A DNA stretch of 64,000 bases from the human T2T-CHM13v2.0 reference genome, Homo sapiens, in the NCBI RefSeq assembly GCF_009914755.1, contig NC_060937.1; one strand, 5' to 3'. The notes under the pieces were generated by a model that was not told where the DNA came from, ran no database searches, and saw only the letters and a list, made by a program, of their open reading frames with translations. Below, one piece after another: positions 51,025-64,000 of the stretch. The stretch's first letter is position 1. Each line of letters opens with the position of its first letter. Position numbers and translations under genes: made by a program.

Positions 51025-51410
51025 TGGCAGGGGAAGCTGGCTGCTACCGTAACCCCCTACCCTCAGTGGCTTATCACGCTGACTTTTGTTTTTTGCTTTT
51101 AGCACAGTTGGGTGAAAATGAGGATGGCAGTTCTGCCACTATCCAGAGCCTCTGACACCCTCTCAGTCCACAGAGTCCTGCAATGGACTTTTTGCATGTG
51201 ATTAGCAGATGCAGGAAGAAGACAGTATGCCAGGTGCAGGGCCAGCTTTGTAGGCCGCACTGGACAGAGCATGTACCTCTTCTGCCCATGGTCCGTGGTA
51301 CAGAACTCATCACAGGGCAGCACCTAACTGCAAGCAAGGCTGGGAAATGGAGGCCAGTAACGTGCTCAGAAAGACAAAGGAAATGGCTGGTGAACAACTA
51401 GTTACTGCCA
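51025..51410. mobile_element. Old MaLR LTR (MLT1J/I-like)
   Basis: cacctaactgcaag.aaggctgggaaatg; minus strand tacatttcccagcct-type motif. Confidence 0.6.
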
Positions 51411-51429
51411 AAGCAAGATAGTTAGTTAA

Positions 51430-51975
51430 ACCAATTTTTATATTATGGAACATTTCTGTGATATAATACATGCAGACCTGGAAGTTACAAGAATAGTAAC
51501 ATGAGTACTCAGTTTGAGAAATAATATATTACCAATGCAGTTGATGTCTTCTATTACATATGCCTCTTCGCCTCTGCTTGCATCTCCTTCTGTGTTGCTC
51601 AGGAGCAAACACTATTTTATCAGTTTTTTGGTTATCATCTTATGACAGATATATTTATGCCCATAGGTTAACATTTTTTGTTATTTTCAGTCTTTATACA
51701 AATGGTGTCTATTGAATGTATTCTTTGGTGAGTTTTTTCACTCATCTTTATAATTCTGAAATTCATTCATGTTGACTTGTGTAGTTGTAACTCATCCATT
51801 TTTACTGTTGTACGGTATTCCATTTGTTGGAATAATCACAATAGAATCATTCAGTTTCCTGGGCATTTGGGTTACTTTCAGGATTTTTTTCTTTTTGCAA
51901 GCAATGCTGCTATGAATATTCCTGTACATATCTCTTCATATATATTTGTAAATTACTCTAAGGTATGAATCTTGC
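51430..51975 (-). mobile_element. L1ME 3' fragment
   Basis: attcattcatgttg..tgtgtagttgta..tattccatt..gggcatttgggtt..caatgctgctatgaatatt. Confidence 0.75.
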
Positions 51976-53714
51976 TGCTATTACCAGAATACCACTCTAT
52001 TAAAATTGTATGCAGTAGTATGTCTTTTTTAAGGACAAGTTAATAATTTAGATTTCCATTTACTCTTCCTAGGTTGGTGTGAGTGTGTTGCTATTGAGTG
52101 CTGGCTTCACGGAGTGTGAACGAAGTCAGACTAGAATATTTTAACTCCATAGATCCATTATATTTCTTTGATTTTTGAAGAAAATTTTGAAGATAATTTT
52201 AAAAGTCATAGTTGTACTTCTATTAGCTATCTCACTTTGTGCAATGTGGCTAAGTTATTTTGGGGGGATTCTATGTTATGTTCGTGGCATATCACTTTTC
52301 TGATGTGTAGAGTTCTGTGTGACAGAGCTAGATTTATGTCAGAGATAAGAGAGTCTCCTGAATTATTTTTTCTCCCCACTGACTAGTTAAGTGAATTTCC
52401 AAATTCCTAACCTTATTCTTGTGATTTAAGGCTTTATTTCCTTTTAAAAACCAAATTGTCCTTCTGACAATACATAAAGAATAAGCAAACTAATCATTTA
52501 AGAAAAGCAGAAATCATCTTAATTCCAGAATCAGAAAAAATTGTGTCCAAGACTCACAAATGGAGATAATTTGATGGGAAAAATAATGTTTTTAGTGGCA
52601 TCATCATAGCAAATGACAGGGTGACTTTCACAGGCCTGTTTGTGATAGTGCCGCCTACCCAGGCAGATGGCACCACCCGATGTGTTGTTGAGTCACAGCT
52701 GTCTCTCAGTGGGATAAATCTATGAGTTTCACATTAGAGTAACCTTCCTATAGCCCAGAAGAAGGGCAGTGTTTTTCATAATAAGAAAAAGAAACAGAGA
52801 AAAATTAGACAGTCTCCTAAATAAGAGTCATGGAGCAAAAACACCTATTATTGTAGCACAGCCTGATGAAGTTTTGGCACATGGCTCATTCCTCCAACAC
52901 TGATCTTGTCATTCAACATAAATTTCTGGTTTCTTGCTCACATGACTCAGAGTTGCATATACCTAGAATTTGCCTTCACGGGGAAATCCTTTCAAGGCTT
53001 ACAGGCCTAACGTATCTGGGGCAGGCCATGGGGAAGACTGACATTTTAAACCACATGTTTATTAAATTATATGTTTGAAAAAAACTCCTGCAATGTTAAA
53101 CCGCATGATAGTGCAGGGATTTATTTTTCATTTATAAAATTGTGTTATTGTAATAATTTTTCTTTGAAAGGAGATGAGACAGAGTGAATAGGGAATTTCT
53201 CAACTCCTTTTTGCAATTTGCTCCCTAGCTGTGTTACTCAGTCCTTTGGCTCTTCAGAATCTATTTGTAGCTAGATATCCTAGTGGCCTAAAAGACAAAG
53301 TGCTAGCACCCAGCAGTCAACAGCTAAGGCTTTAGGCCCAAATACCTGGGTTTGAATCCTAACTGTGTCAACTTCAGCATGGTCCCAAGTCTATCTGTGC
53401 CCTCAGTTTTTTTAATTTGTAAAATAGAGATGTTCATACTAATATTTAATTTTTAGTGTTTCAATAAGTATAGCTCAACAAACCAATAAACCCTGTTACA
53501 TTATTCTCCTCCTCAACAAATATCAGCAAGTCTACTCTCTGCCAGACACCATGCTAAGTGCTGGTAATATAAAGATCTTATTATTGCCTTGGGAAAGAGC
53601 ATCTAATAGTTCAGTGAAGAGACATTTTCTGTAGAGTAAAAAATGCATTCATATTTCAGGAGTTGCCATGCTTGTGTTGGCACACTATTTACTTTCTTCA
53701 CATCACCCTAAATC

Positions 53715-54070
53715 CTCCATAATTGTTTTTTGTCTTACTCTAATACCAAAGACTGGGTGGCTTACAAACAACAGAAATTTTTCTCTCACAGTTCTGGAGG
53801 CTGAGAAGTCCAAAAATCAGTGCACTGGCAATTCTGTGTGTGGTGAGAGCTGCTTTCTTATTCATGGATGGTGCCTTCCAGCTGTGCCTTCACATGTTAG
53901 ATGGGGTAAGGGGTCTCTCTGGGGCCTCTTTGATAAGGGCACTAATCCCATTTATGAGTGCTCCACATTCATGACCTACTCACCTCCCAAGGACCCTACC
54001 TCCTAATACTATCACATTGAGGATTAGGATTTTGGTGGAGGGGGACACAACCATTTAGACCATGGCAATT
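53715..54070 (-). mobile_element. MLT1A/MST-like MaLR LTR
   Basis: agactgggtggcttacaaacaacagaaattt..cacagttctggaggctg..gggcactaatcccatt..cattta gaccatggca. Confidence 0.85.
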
Positions 54071-54834
54071 TTAAACAGTGTTTTTTATATATGTATATTT
54101 TTACTACAAACATCCTTTCTGTAAATTAAGGTAAAGAGAAATAAATCTATCTTCATTATGAGATTCTTTAACTTCATTTAGGCTCTCTGAGGTCCGACTG
54201 AGTTGTGACAGAGGCAGGTGAGGACTGAAAGCCCAGAAGGGATTCAAGTCAGATGCGTAGAGGGCCCTTGGTCTTGGCAAGTTCTTGAGCCAATAAAAGA
54301 AGAAGTTTTCCAACATCCCTGCCACTTCATTCAAGCACTGAGGAAGAACATACTTCTGTCTCATCTCTTCCCACTGGGTGATATGACCTATGTTTCCCAT
54401 TTGGGTGAGTTTAATATGTTCAAGGTCACCCTTCAAATGTGACCTGTGACCATTTACCCTCCTGGGAGCTCCTGCTTATAACTGTAGGCATTGCCCTCTC
54501 CTCTGAGCCTCCCTGAGGAAGCTCTGTTCTGCAGAAAGGACAGACAGAGGGGATGTACCTAGAGTTATTCAGCTGCTGTGTTGGTGACCAACTCAGGGTA
54601 GTAGGACTAGGACACCCAATTTGACCTCAAGCCCAATCTATCCTAATACAACTTTACCAGTTTGGATGCCTAAGCAAATCATATGTCTGTTTCTCTATTG
54701 ACACAAAATCCAGCAGAAAGAGGCCTGTAGTGAATTGGCCCCTCCAGTCCCTAGGTTGTACTCTCTATTTTGCCATTTACCAGTTCTGTTACCTTAGGTA
54801 ACTTATTTTACTCTCTAGACTATAATAACGACAG

Positions 54835-55330
54835 TGTATTCATTTCCTATTGCTGCTATCACAGATTGCCCTGGACTTAGTGGCTTCTAATAGCACACAC
54901 TTATTGTCTTACGATTCTGAGGATCAGAAGTTCAACACATGTCTTATTGGGATAAAAGCAAGGTTTTGGCAGGACTGTATTCTTTCTGGAAGGCTCTAGG
55001 GGAGGATCTGTTTCTTTCCCTTCTCTAGCTTCTTCTAGAGGCTACCTGCATTCCTTGGCTTGTGGTCCCTTCCACTGTCTTCAAAGCCAGCAGCATAGCA
55101 TCTCCAGACCTTGTTCCTACTCTGACACTTCTGCCTCCCTCTTAGAAAGACCCATTTGGTTATACTGGGACCATCCCAATAATCTAGGATAATTTTTCCA
55201 TCTCAAGATTCTTAACTTAATCCCACCTATAAAGTAAAGTCTCTTTTGCCACATAAAGTAACATTTTTACAAGTTCAGGGATTAGGACATGGACATCTTT
55301 GATGGGGAGAACGTTATTCTGCCTTCCATA
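54835..55330 (-). mobile_element. MLT1D-like MaLR LTR
   Basis: tgtattcatttcctattgctgct..aggctctaggggaggatc..gggattaggacatggacatctttg..ttattctgcc. Confidence 0.85.
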
Positions 55331-56567
55331 GAAAGTATGACTGGATAATTTCTAAATTATTTTCTACTCATATATATATTACTATAAATTAGGTTTGCAG
55401 ATCTTACGATTTTTCACACTCTCGTGTCCTCGTAAAAAGATAGGTTACTTCAAACCTAAATCCTTATGTTACCCTCTCCATCTTCGCCCTTTTTTCACCT
55501 TCTCTTTATTCCTGCAGAAACCCATTAATAACTACTTTCCTCTATACAGATCTTTGATTCACTATTTAAACTCAGTATTAGAAACAAATCCAGCTTCTAA
55601 TTTACTCATGCCCCTTCTGTTGTTTAAATAATATTTATTTAGTCTGATATGCTCTTTGCAGTTTAAATATTATTCTTTGCTGATATTTTATCTCATCAAA
55701 CCTGCTTATTCACAAGTGATGGAAAAATGACTTAGCCACCCTACCCATCCCCCTTTCTCTATATAGTAAGGGTAGTTTAATCTAGTGAAATCTTAAGGAT
55801 TAAAGAAATATACATTTTATGTAGAATACTCAACTGGGTTTTAGGACCAGAAATATGAGGTAGCATGTACCCTGCCATCTAGCTAAATACTTGCAAAATA
55901 CTATAGTAGAGCTTCACTGTTCTGAAGACATTTGCAGAGTGCTTCTGGAATTAGCAAATTGCTAGAGCTTGTTTCCTTCTTACTACTTCTCATTGCATTG
56001 TTTGCCTTACTATAAAATCATCAAATGGAATTTCAGAAACATCAACATATGTTTTATTTTTTTCTGACTCTTCTCATCAGGAAAGAACCTCATTTTTAAA
56101 CAGCTGTTTTCCTGATTTTGTCTTGGTTGATGCAATGCTTTTTAAACTGTGGATGAAATAAGGGGATGGGAAGTGTCAAGAATGCTGATATTTTATCAGG
56201 CCCTTATTTAGGCATTTATGAAGAAGACGGTGATTACTTATTCATTCCCAAATTCTCTACCTCCCATTTAAGTAAGTGTCTGCCTGCTTCGCTAATTGTT
56301 AAATAATGAAAAGACCCACCCCTCAAAAGATTCTTTGAAAATGTAGCAACTATGGTGATGACTAAATTTCTTCAAGTGACACCTGGAAAAAGAAAGTATT
56401 TTGTTTCTCTTTGCTATGAGAGCACAATTTTCAGACCTTTTCAATGGGGCTTGAATTTCACTGTGGCTCTTCAAAGAGCTGCTATTATTTTGGGCTACTT
56501 CTGGCAATTGCCATGAAAATGATAAACTGCTAAGGCCTGAAGGCTTGACACAAACTGTCACTAGCAA

Positions 56568-56593
56568 TGTGTGTTTGTGTGTGTGTGTGTGTT
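56568..56593. repeat. (TG)n microsatellite
   Basis: Seen directly in sequence. Confidence 0.9.
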
Positions 56594-56755
56594 TGGCTAT
56601 CAGCTTTGATGTGCTAATTACATGTTACCTTGTTCCTTAGTCCTTTTCCTTAACATTTGCATAAAATCAAGGTAAAAAGCATGCCATAGGCATCCTTGCA
56701 GGAATTCATCATCTTGAAAGGAAGAAGGATCCTTCCAACCATATTTTTCTTAATC

Positions 56756-58190
<1,435 letters not shown>

Positions 58191-58755
58191 CTTTGTTTGT
58201 TGTGAATAAAAGTCTGTCCAAATCAGCATGTCAGTAGTACTCTTCTGGTAGTTCAATTACCATACTGGATGATGAAAATGATCCACTTGCTTACAACAAT
58301 GTCCCAGCCATGGAACTTCAAGAACACTGCATAGGTACAACTCAGGGCATCTGGTCAACTTCACTTTTAGGAGAGGTGGATTATTGGGGTTAGAAGTTTG
58401 GAGAGCACCTCAAAGGAAAGGAACAGAAACAGGGTCATGACCAAGACTCCTGGGTCTTGACCAAAGCTTGGGGCATATGGCTCCTGCTGGTTCCAGGCAG
58501 AAGAGGGAGACTTGGATGAAAAAACTGAGGATGGTACTTTAAAGAACAGGACCCCCTTGAAATGCAGCAGCAGTCCTACTTCCTTGTATCTAATGGCTTT
58601 AAGTGATAACGGAAGTGTGTACGTGGGGGTTAGACTGATTATATGGGTGTGAATTTTTATTTATTTTAGTACTAACTGGCTGGTTGCATTCTCCTTCCCT
58701 CTGTCATCTGTCATCCATCCATCAAGCAGTAACTGACTACCTTTGATGTGCCCAG

Positions 58756-59001
58756 CAGGGTCAACTTATCCATTAAGCACTAAGGCCAACTCTTAGGGGC
58801 CCAGAAAAATGCTCTAATTGCTTTTATGAACACAAGAAGAAAATGAACTTTTAGGTCCAAGAACATGTTGTAACATATAATATTAAACTATTCATCTTTA
58901 TACCAACAGTCACAAGGTATATTTTAAAATATCTTTTATGGAGGAAAAGTCCCACCAAGGCTAAAATGCCCAAAGCCTAGGGAGATCATAATGGAGCCCT
59001 G
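58756..59001. mobile_element. hAT-Tip100-type MITE inserted in an L2 end
   Basis: Termini CAGGG...CCCTG with AT-rich core; L2 tail sequence on both sides. Confidence 0.65.
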
Positions 59002-59719
59002 GTGATCTGCCCCACGCTAGAGGCTGGGGCTGCAGCACTGAGCAGAAAGCAGTCCATGGGTGTTGGAGGAAGATGGAAAAGAACACAGGAAGTTACATTA
59101 CAATGTAATGCATTATTGCAACAGAGTTAAGCCCAGGGAACTTACAAATAGGCCTGTAGCAAGGTTGGCGGTTGGCAGTGGATGTGTCTTTGCAAATCAG
59201 TGATGGGTTGGAGGCAATTGCCTCATTGCTTTATACTGTATAGCCAGTCCACTAGGGTTTTATCTATTATTCTTGTTATTGATGCAGATGATGATCCAAG
59301 CAAATTATGGGCAATTATTAAACTCAGCTACTGGTAGAGATTTAACTTTGATACTGGCTGCTTTGAAATATAAGCATCCCGTCTGAAAGCACTTTGAAAT
59401 AATTGAGAAATATATAATAAATGTACATAAAACTTGCTACCTGGCTGTGTTCATGATTACTTCCAGGTTCTTCAAGCTATCCAAATCAATGGTAATCCTA
59501 ACATACTATATTTGAGCTGTTGAGACTGGAATAGACACCTCTAAGTGATGCCTTTTTAAATACCAACCAGGGTAATGATCTCATTACCTCTCAGCCTAGT
59601 CCACAAAGGACAACTTTGTATTTTAGTAAGACTTTTTTGTGACTTTTTACTATAAAATAGTAACAATAATAGAAACAAAACCTTCTGTACATTTGTTTTG
59701 CCATAACAGGTAACAAGGC

Positions 59720-60118
59720 TGATATGGTTTGGATTTGTGTCCCTGCCCAAATCTCATGTTCAGTTGTAATCCCCAGGGTTGGAGGTGAGGTCTGGTAAGA
59801 AATGGTTGGATCACGGGGGCAGTTTCCCATGGTTTAGCACCCCCTTGGTACTGCATAATGAGTGAGTTCTCATGAGATCTGGTTGAGTGTGTAGCATGTT
59901 CACCCTCTCTCTCTTATTCCTGCTTCAGCCATGTAAAACATGCTGGCTTCCTCTTTGCCTTCTGCCATGATTGTAAGTTTCCTGAGGCCTTCTCAGAAGC
60001 TGAGCAGAGCCATCATGCTTCTTGTACAGCCTGTGAAACTGTAAGCCAATTAAACCTCATTTCTTCATAAACTATCCAGTCTCAGGTATTTCTCTATAGC
60101 AGTGAGAGTGCTAATACA
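59720..60118 (+). mobile_element. MSTA-like MaLR solo LTR
   Basis: TGATATGGTTTGG...CTAATACA. TSD AA(G/T)GC. Confidence 0.92.
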
Positions 60119-60417
60119 AATGCTAATATATACGCCTCATTAGTTTGCATGACTCATTAGTTTGGGTCATATTTGATAATACCCAAGTTTCTTTCAAACC
60201 ATAAAAGTTTAATTTATTTACATTTTATTTAATGAATGCAGGCACTCAGCAAAAGTTATGTACTTCATTCAGCAAGTGAACATTTACTGAGCATTCACTA
60301 TTGTGCCAGACACAATACCACTTTACCAGGTACTGGGGATATTTAAGCAACACACAGCCCTTATCCTCAAAGGACTCATGATTTAGGGGAGGTTGTAGGC
60401 AAGAAAAACAGTGGTTA

Positions 60418-61219
60418 TGAAACGGGAAAGGTTCCCTTGTCCTCCTCGCAGGGCGTGGGCTGGGGGTGTGGCTGGCTTCTTTAGTCCCCCGCTGCCCAAA
60501 CCTCTAGGAGAACATACAGACGGGCAGGCTATGGGGCTCCGACCCCACGGCAGTGTCTAGGGGTGAATGTTTACAGCTTCTGAAGCCTCAGTGGGCATGT
60601 GTTACCGGATGCTCTCTTAGTTTGCCGTCTATAGGTGGCTTGTGTTAACCAGCTCAATTAGATCCTCTACCTTGTCCCAAGGACAGAGGGCCTTCTGTAT
60701 CCCAGGTTCCTGCCTTGGTGTACCAGAAGAATTGGGTCACATGTAGGCTTGGAGAATTAGTATGAAGTTTTATTGAGTGGAAGTAGCTCTCCGCTGATGG
60801 GGGAGCCAGAAGGCAGATGTTTTTTCTCTGGAGTTGGGCTGCTTAACACCTGGCCCTCCTCCAACTGCCCTGGCCAAACTCTGCCACATCCCGTAGGTCG
60901 ACAGCCTGCTGGCTTGCCGGTGTCTGTCAGTGTGCTCTTCCACCAGCATGCTCCCTCTACATCCCCTAGCCATCCAGCCACTTGTGTCTTCTGCTGTTGT
61001 GCTCCTCTTGACATCTGGTCACCTGTGTGTCTGCCTGCTAGGGTCTTGGGTTTTTATAGGCCCAGAATGGGGTCATGGCAGGCCAGGGTGGTCTTGGAAA
61101 CTGCAACATTTGGGCAGGAAGGCAGGAGTGCCTGTCCTCACCTAGGTCCATGAGGGTGGAGCCCTAGCAAGGGACCCACATTTCTCTACCCAGCACTTCC
61201 CTGCCTCCCTTCTGTATCA
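60418..61219 (-). mobile_element. LTR9-like ERV1 solo LTR inserted in L2
   Basis: Reverse complement TGATACAGAAGGGAGGCAGGGAAGTGCTGGG...CCCGTTTCA. TSD GTTA at 60414-60417 and 61220-61223. Confidence 0.8.
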
Positions 61220-61230
61220 GTTACAATTAC

Positions 61231-61911
61231 TGTTATGGTTACCTTCAATGGCTGATAGACCTTCCACTTAAAGTTTGGTTTGGATATTGAGATTTCTGAT
61301 GCCACATACTAACAGAGAGGGTATGAAATGATTAATTACTTGCAAAATTGAGATCTCTGAGGTGAGAAAAGCAGGGCTTTCAATCAGGTCTAAAATGACT
61401 TAAGGGCAAGGAAAGGAGGCTGGCTCTAGGTTTTTGTTGTGATTCCAAAATGAGGCTGGAATCATGGGCTTTTGTGGCTTGAATCTCCCACTGACATCAA
61501 AGGGAACACCAGGTTTCCTTATCAGCTTGTCCAGATACTTGGCACCAGGAGGTGAGGAAAGAGGGCTTTCAGCATCAAATGCCAAAAACATGGAGTAAGT
61601 CTCCTCTTTATAAATGCAGTGTGATCAGAAGTTCTATAAGGGAAGTTTGCAAAGGGTGCTTACCTCACATGGACATTTAACTCAGTCTTGGAGGGTTCAA
61701 ATCCTGTCCCTGGAGAAAAAATGCTCTTGAGTTGCTTCACAAAGGGTGAGAGGAAGGGGGAGAGGAAGAATGAGAGGATGTTCATCATGAAATTTAACTC
61801 AAGGCAGGACGTTCGAGGTGGAAGGTATTGTATTTGAAGCACCAAAGGGTGAAAGTGCAGAGTACCTGAGGTTGGAGTGAATTTATAGGATAGGTAACAT
61901 GTAGTGTTACA
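61231..61911 (-). mobile_element. Old ERVL LTR (MER68/MER77-like)
   Basis: TGTTA..TTACA ends; ggtttggatattgaga..tgatgccaca..agagggtatgaaa. Confidence 0.5.
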
Positions 61912-62599
61912 GCAGTAGATGCACCTAAAAGGTATGAAGTTTGAGCTTCATTCTGAGGATGAAGGAGAATCATTGTAGAGTATTCATCAGATTTGCATTT
62001 TGAAAGGTGACTATTCTATTTAGAAGGCTACCTGAGGTTAAACAAGAAGGGAAGACAAAATCTATGAACTGTGAGAGATATACGACTTGATCAGTTAACC
62101 TCTTGATAATTGCAGTCTCAATTTAAGCGGTTGTTCTCTTAGTTTAAGTGGTTGTTCTCAACATAGTCTTACTGTCTTTCTAGTAAAGGTGCATAGTGAG
62201 GGGCAAGGAAGGAGATGGAGGTAAGAAAGTTTTGGTCAATCTTTTCAAGCAACAGATACCTCTATGCTCTCTCAACTATTCTGATACAACCCCTAGGGGA
62301 AGGAATTTTCTGTGTTTTGAAAAAACAAAAACCTGCCAGGATGATTTGGTTTTATGTCAATCTCGTCCTAGCAAAGAATTACTGAGTTAATAAAGTAAAG
62401 CTCTGAGAGTGAATTTCAGGCTTAGGTCTGGTGGGGACAGGGTATTGAGCTGGAGGATGGAAGGGGACAATGAATACCTGTTACACTGTAATGCTTTCCT
62501 GGAGTATTGCAATCACAGAAAAGCAGGCTCTCTAGAGTGGGTATAAAAAATAAGAGACTTAGCCCCAGTTCTTTAGAAATGCTCAATTTAGTGGAGGAG

Positions 62600-62722
62600 G
62601 ACAGAAGAAAGAAAAGACAGAAAAGAAAGAAAGAGAGAGAGAGGGACCGAAAGAAAGAAAAAGAAAGAAAGAAAGAGGGGAAAAAAAGAGAAAATACAGA
62701 AAAGAGAAGTAGAAAGAAAATG
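62600..62722. repeat. GA/A-rich low-complexity tract
   Basis: Seen directly in sequence. Confidence 0.85.
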
Positions 62723-63638
62723 AGATCTGAAATTGTCAAGAGGGCCTGGACCCTGAAGGGAAATTAAGGAAAGCAAAATCCTGATGTGTTCATGTCACTA
62801 GACTCCCTTCCTCCTATTTTTGACATGAGAACTAAAAAAACCTTCAAGACATTTGAGAATGGGAGACAAATACTAATCAGATATTTTATAATATGTAGCC
62901 ATAGTTTCCTAACCAGGTTCCCTTAAAACGTTCTCAGCCAGTGGTCTTTGTTTTCTGCCCACATTTCAGGTAGGTCTCCTGGAAATCTTTGTGCAACACT
63001 GGAATTAGCTGCCATCGAACCATGGGCTCTGTGCTGTTGGAGCCAAGAGAAAAGAGTAATAAGAGTTGGAACTGGTCTGCTGAGCAAAGGCTCCTTTTTT
63101 TCAAAGCAGGAGGCTGTGGAGTTGGGGGAGGGGAGTTTGATTAAAGGAAGAAAACCTTCTGTGACCAAGGCAACCAGAGGGCCCCCAAAAGCCTGTGGGA
63201 GCCTGGGGGAAGAGGCATGAAGTCCTGTAGATTTGTTACATCAAGATGTTAATGTTTTTAATCAAGGTTCCTAGGTGACCCTCAGGCAATTAACTCATGG
63301 TCCAGTTGTCCTATTATGTATCTTCAGCTGATTCTTCTCTTTGTATATTCTCTTCTCTTTTCCCGACCACCACTACTAAATTTGAGAAGTGGTTATGAGG
63401 TGCTACATCAGCATTAATTTAATCCTAGTACTTAATTCATTTCTTTCTCTTTTGTAGCTGATTGAAAAAAGGAGGAAGTTATTTCAATCAAGGTTTTATC
63501 CTTTTGAGAGAAGGATAATTTAAATATGTGAAACATGATATTTCTAAAACCAGGGAAAGTAGCCTTATGAAATAATTCTGACCATATGAATGAGTCCACA
63601 TTTCATTGTCATTACCAGGTGCACACAACAAGAGCTGA

Positions 63639-63962
<324 letters not shown>

Positions 63963-64000
63963 GAGCTGAACTAGCTTTCTAGATCAATATTCATTCAAGT

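Overview
Primate (most likely human) AT-rich intergenic or deep-intronic DNA, roughly half interspersed repeats. No host protein-coding gene or RNA gene can be supported, and every long ORF in the track is L1- or ERV-derived. Main content: (1) two L1PA3-type LINE-1s in inverted, divergent orientation flanking a 16.4-kb spacer, namely a minus-strand copy whose 5' end is at ~1321 and a full-length but disabled plus-strand copy at 17760-23921; (2) an ancient two-LTR ERVL-class provirus (LTR16C-like) split by a truncated L1PA5-like copy; (3) a deleted MLT2/ERVL provirus with nested insertions (5'-inverted L1 with a probable 3' transduction, a solo LTR7, an Alu, MER4E); (4) many Alu, MIR, L2, L3, MaLR and hAT relics. 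The most notable signal is non-allelic homogenisation among the L1s. By hand alignment the inverted pair is 598/600 identical over the ORF1-proximal arm and shares non-consensus variants, and the third L1 shares three rare transversions with the full-length copy. This suggests an L1-bounded, recurrently invertible and gene-converting cassette. Repeat subfamily names come from recalled consensus sequences and need RepeatMasker/Dfam confirmation.
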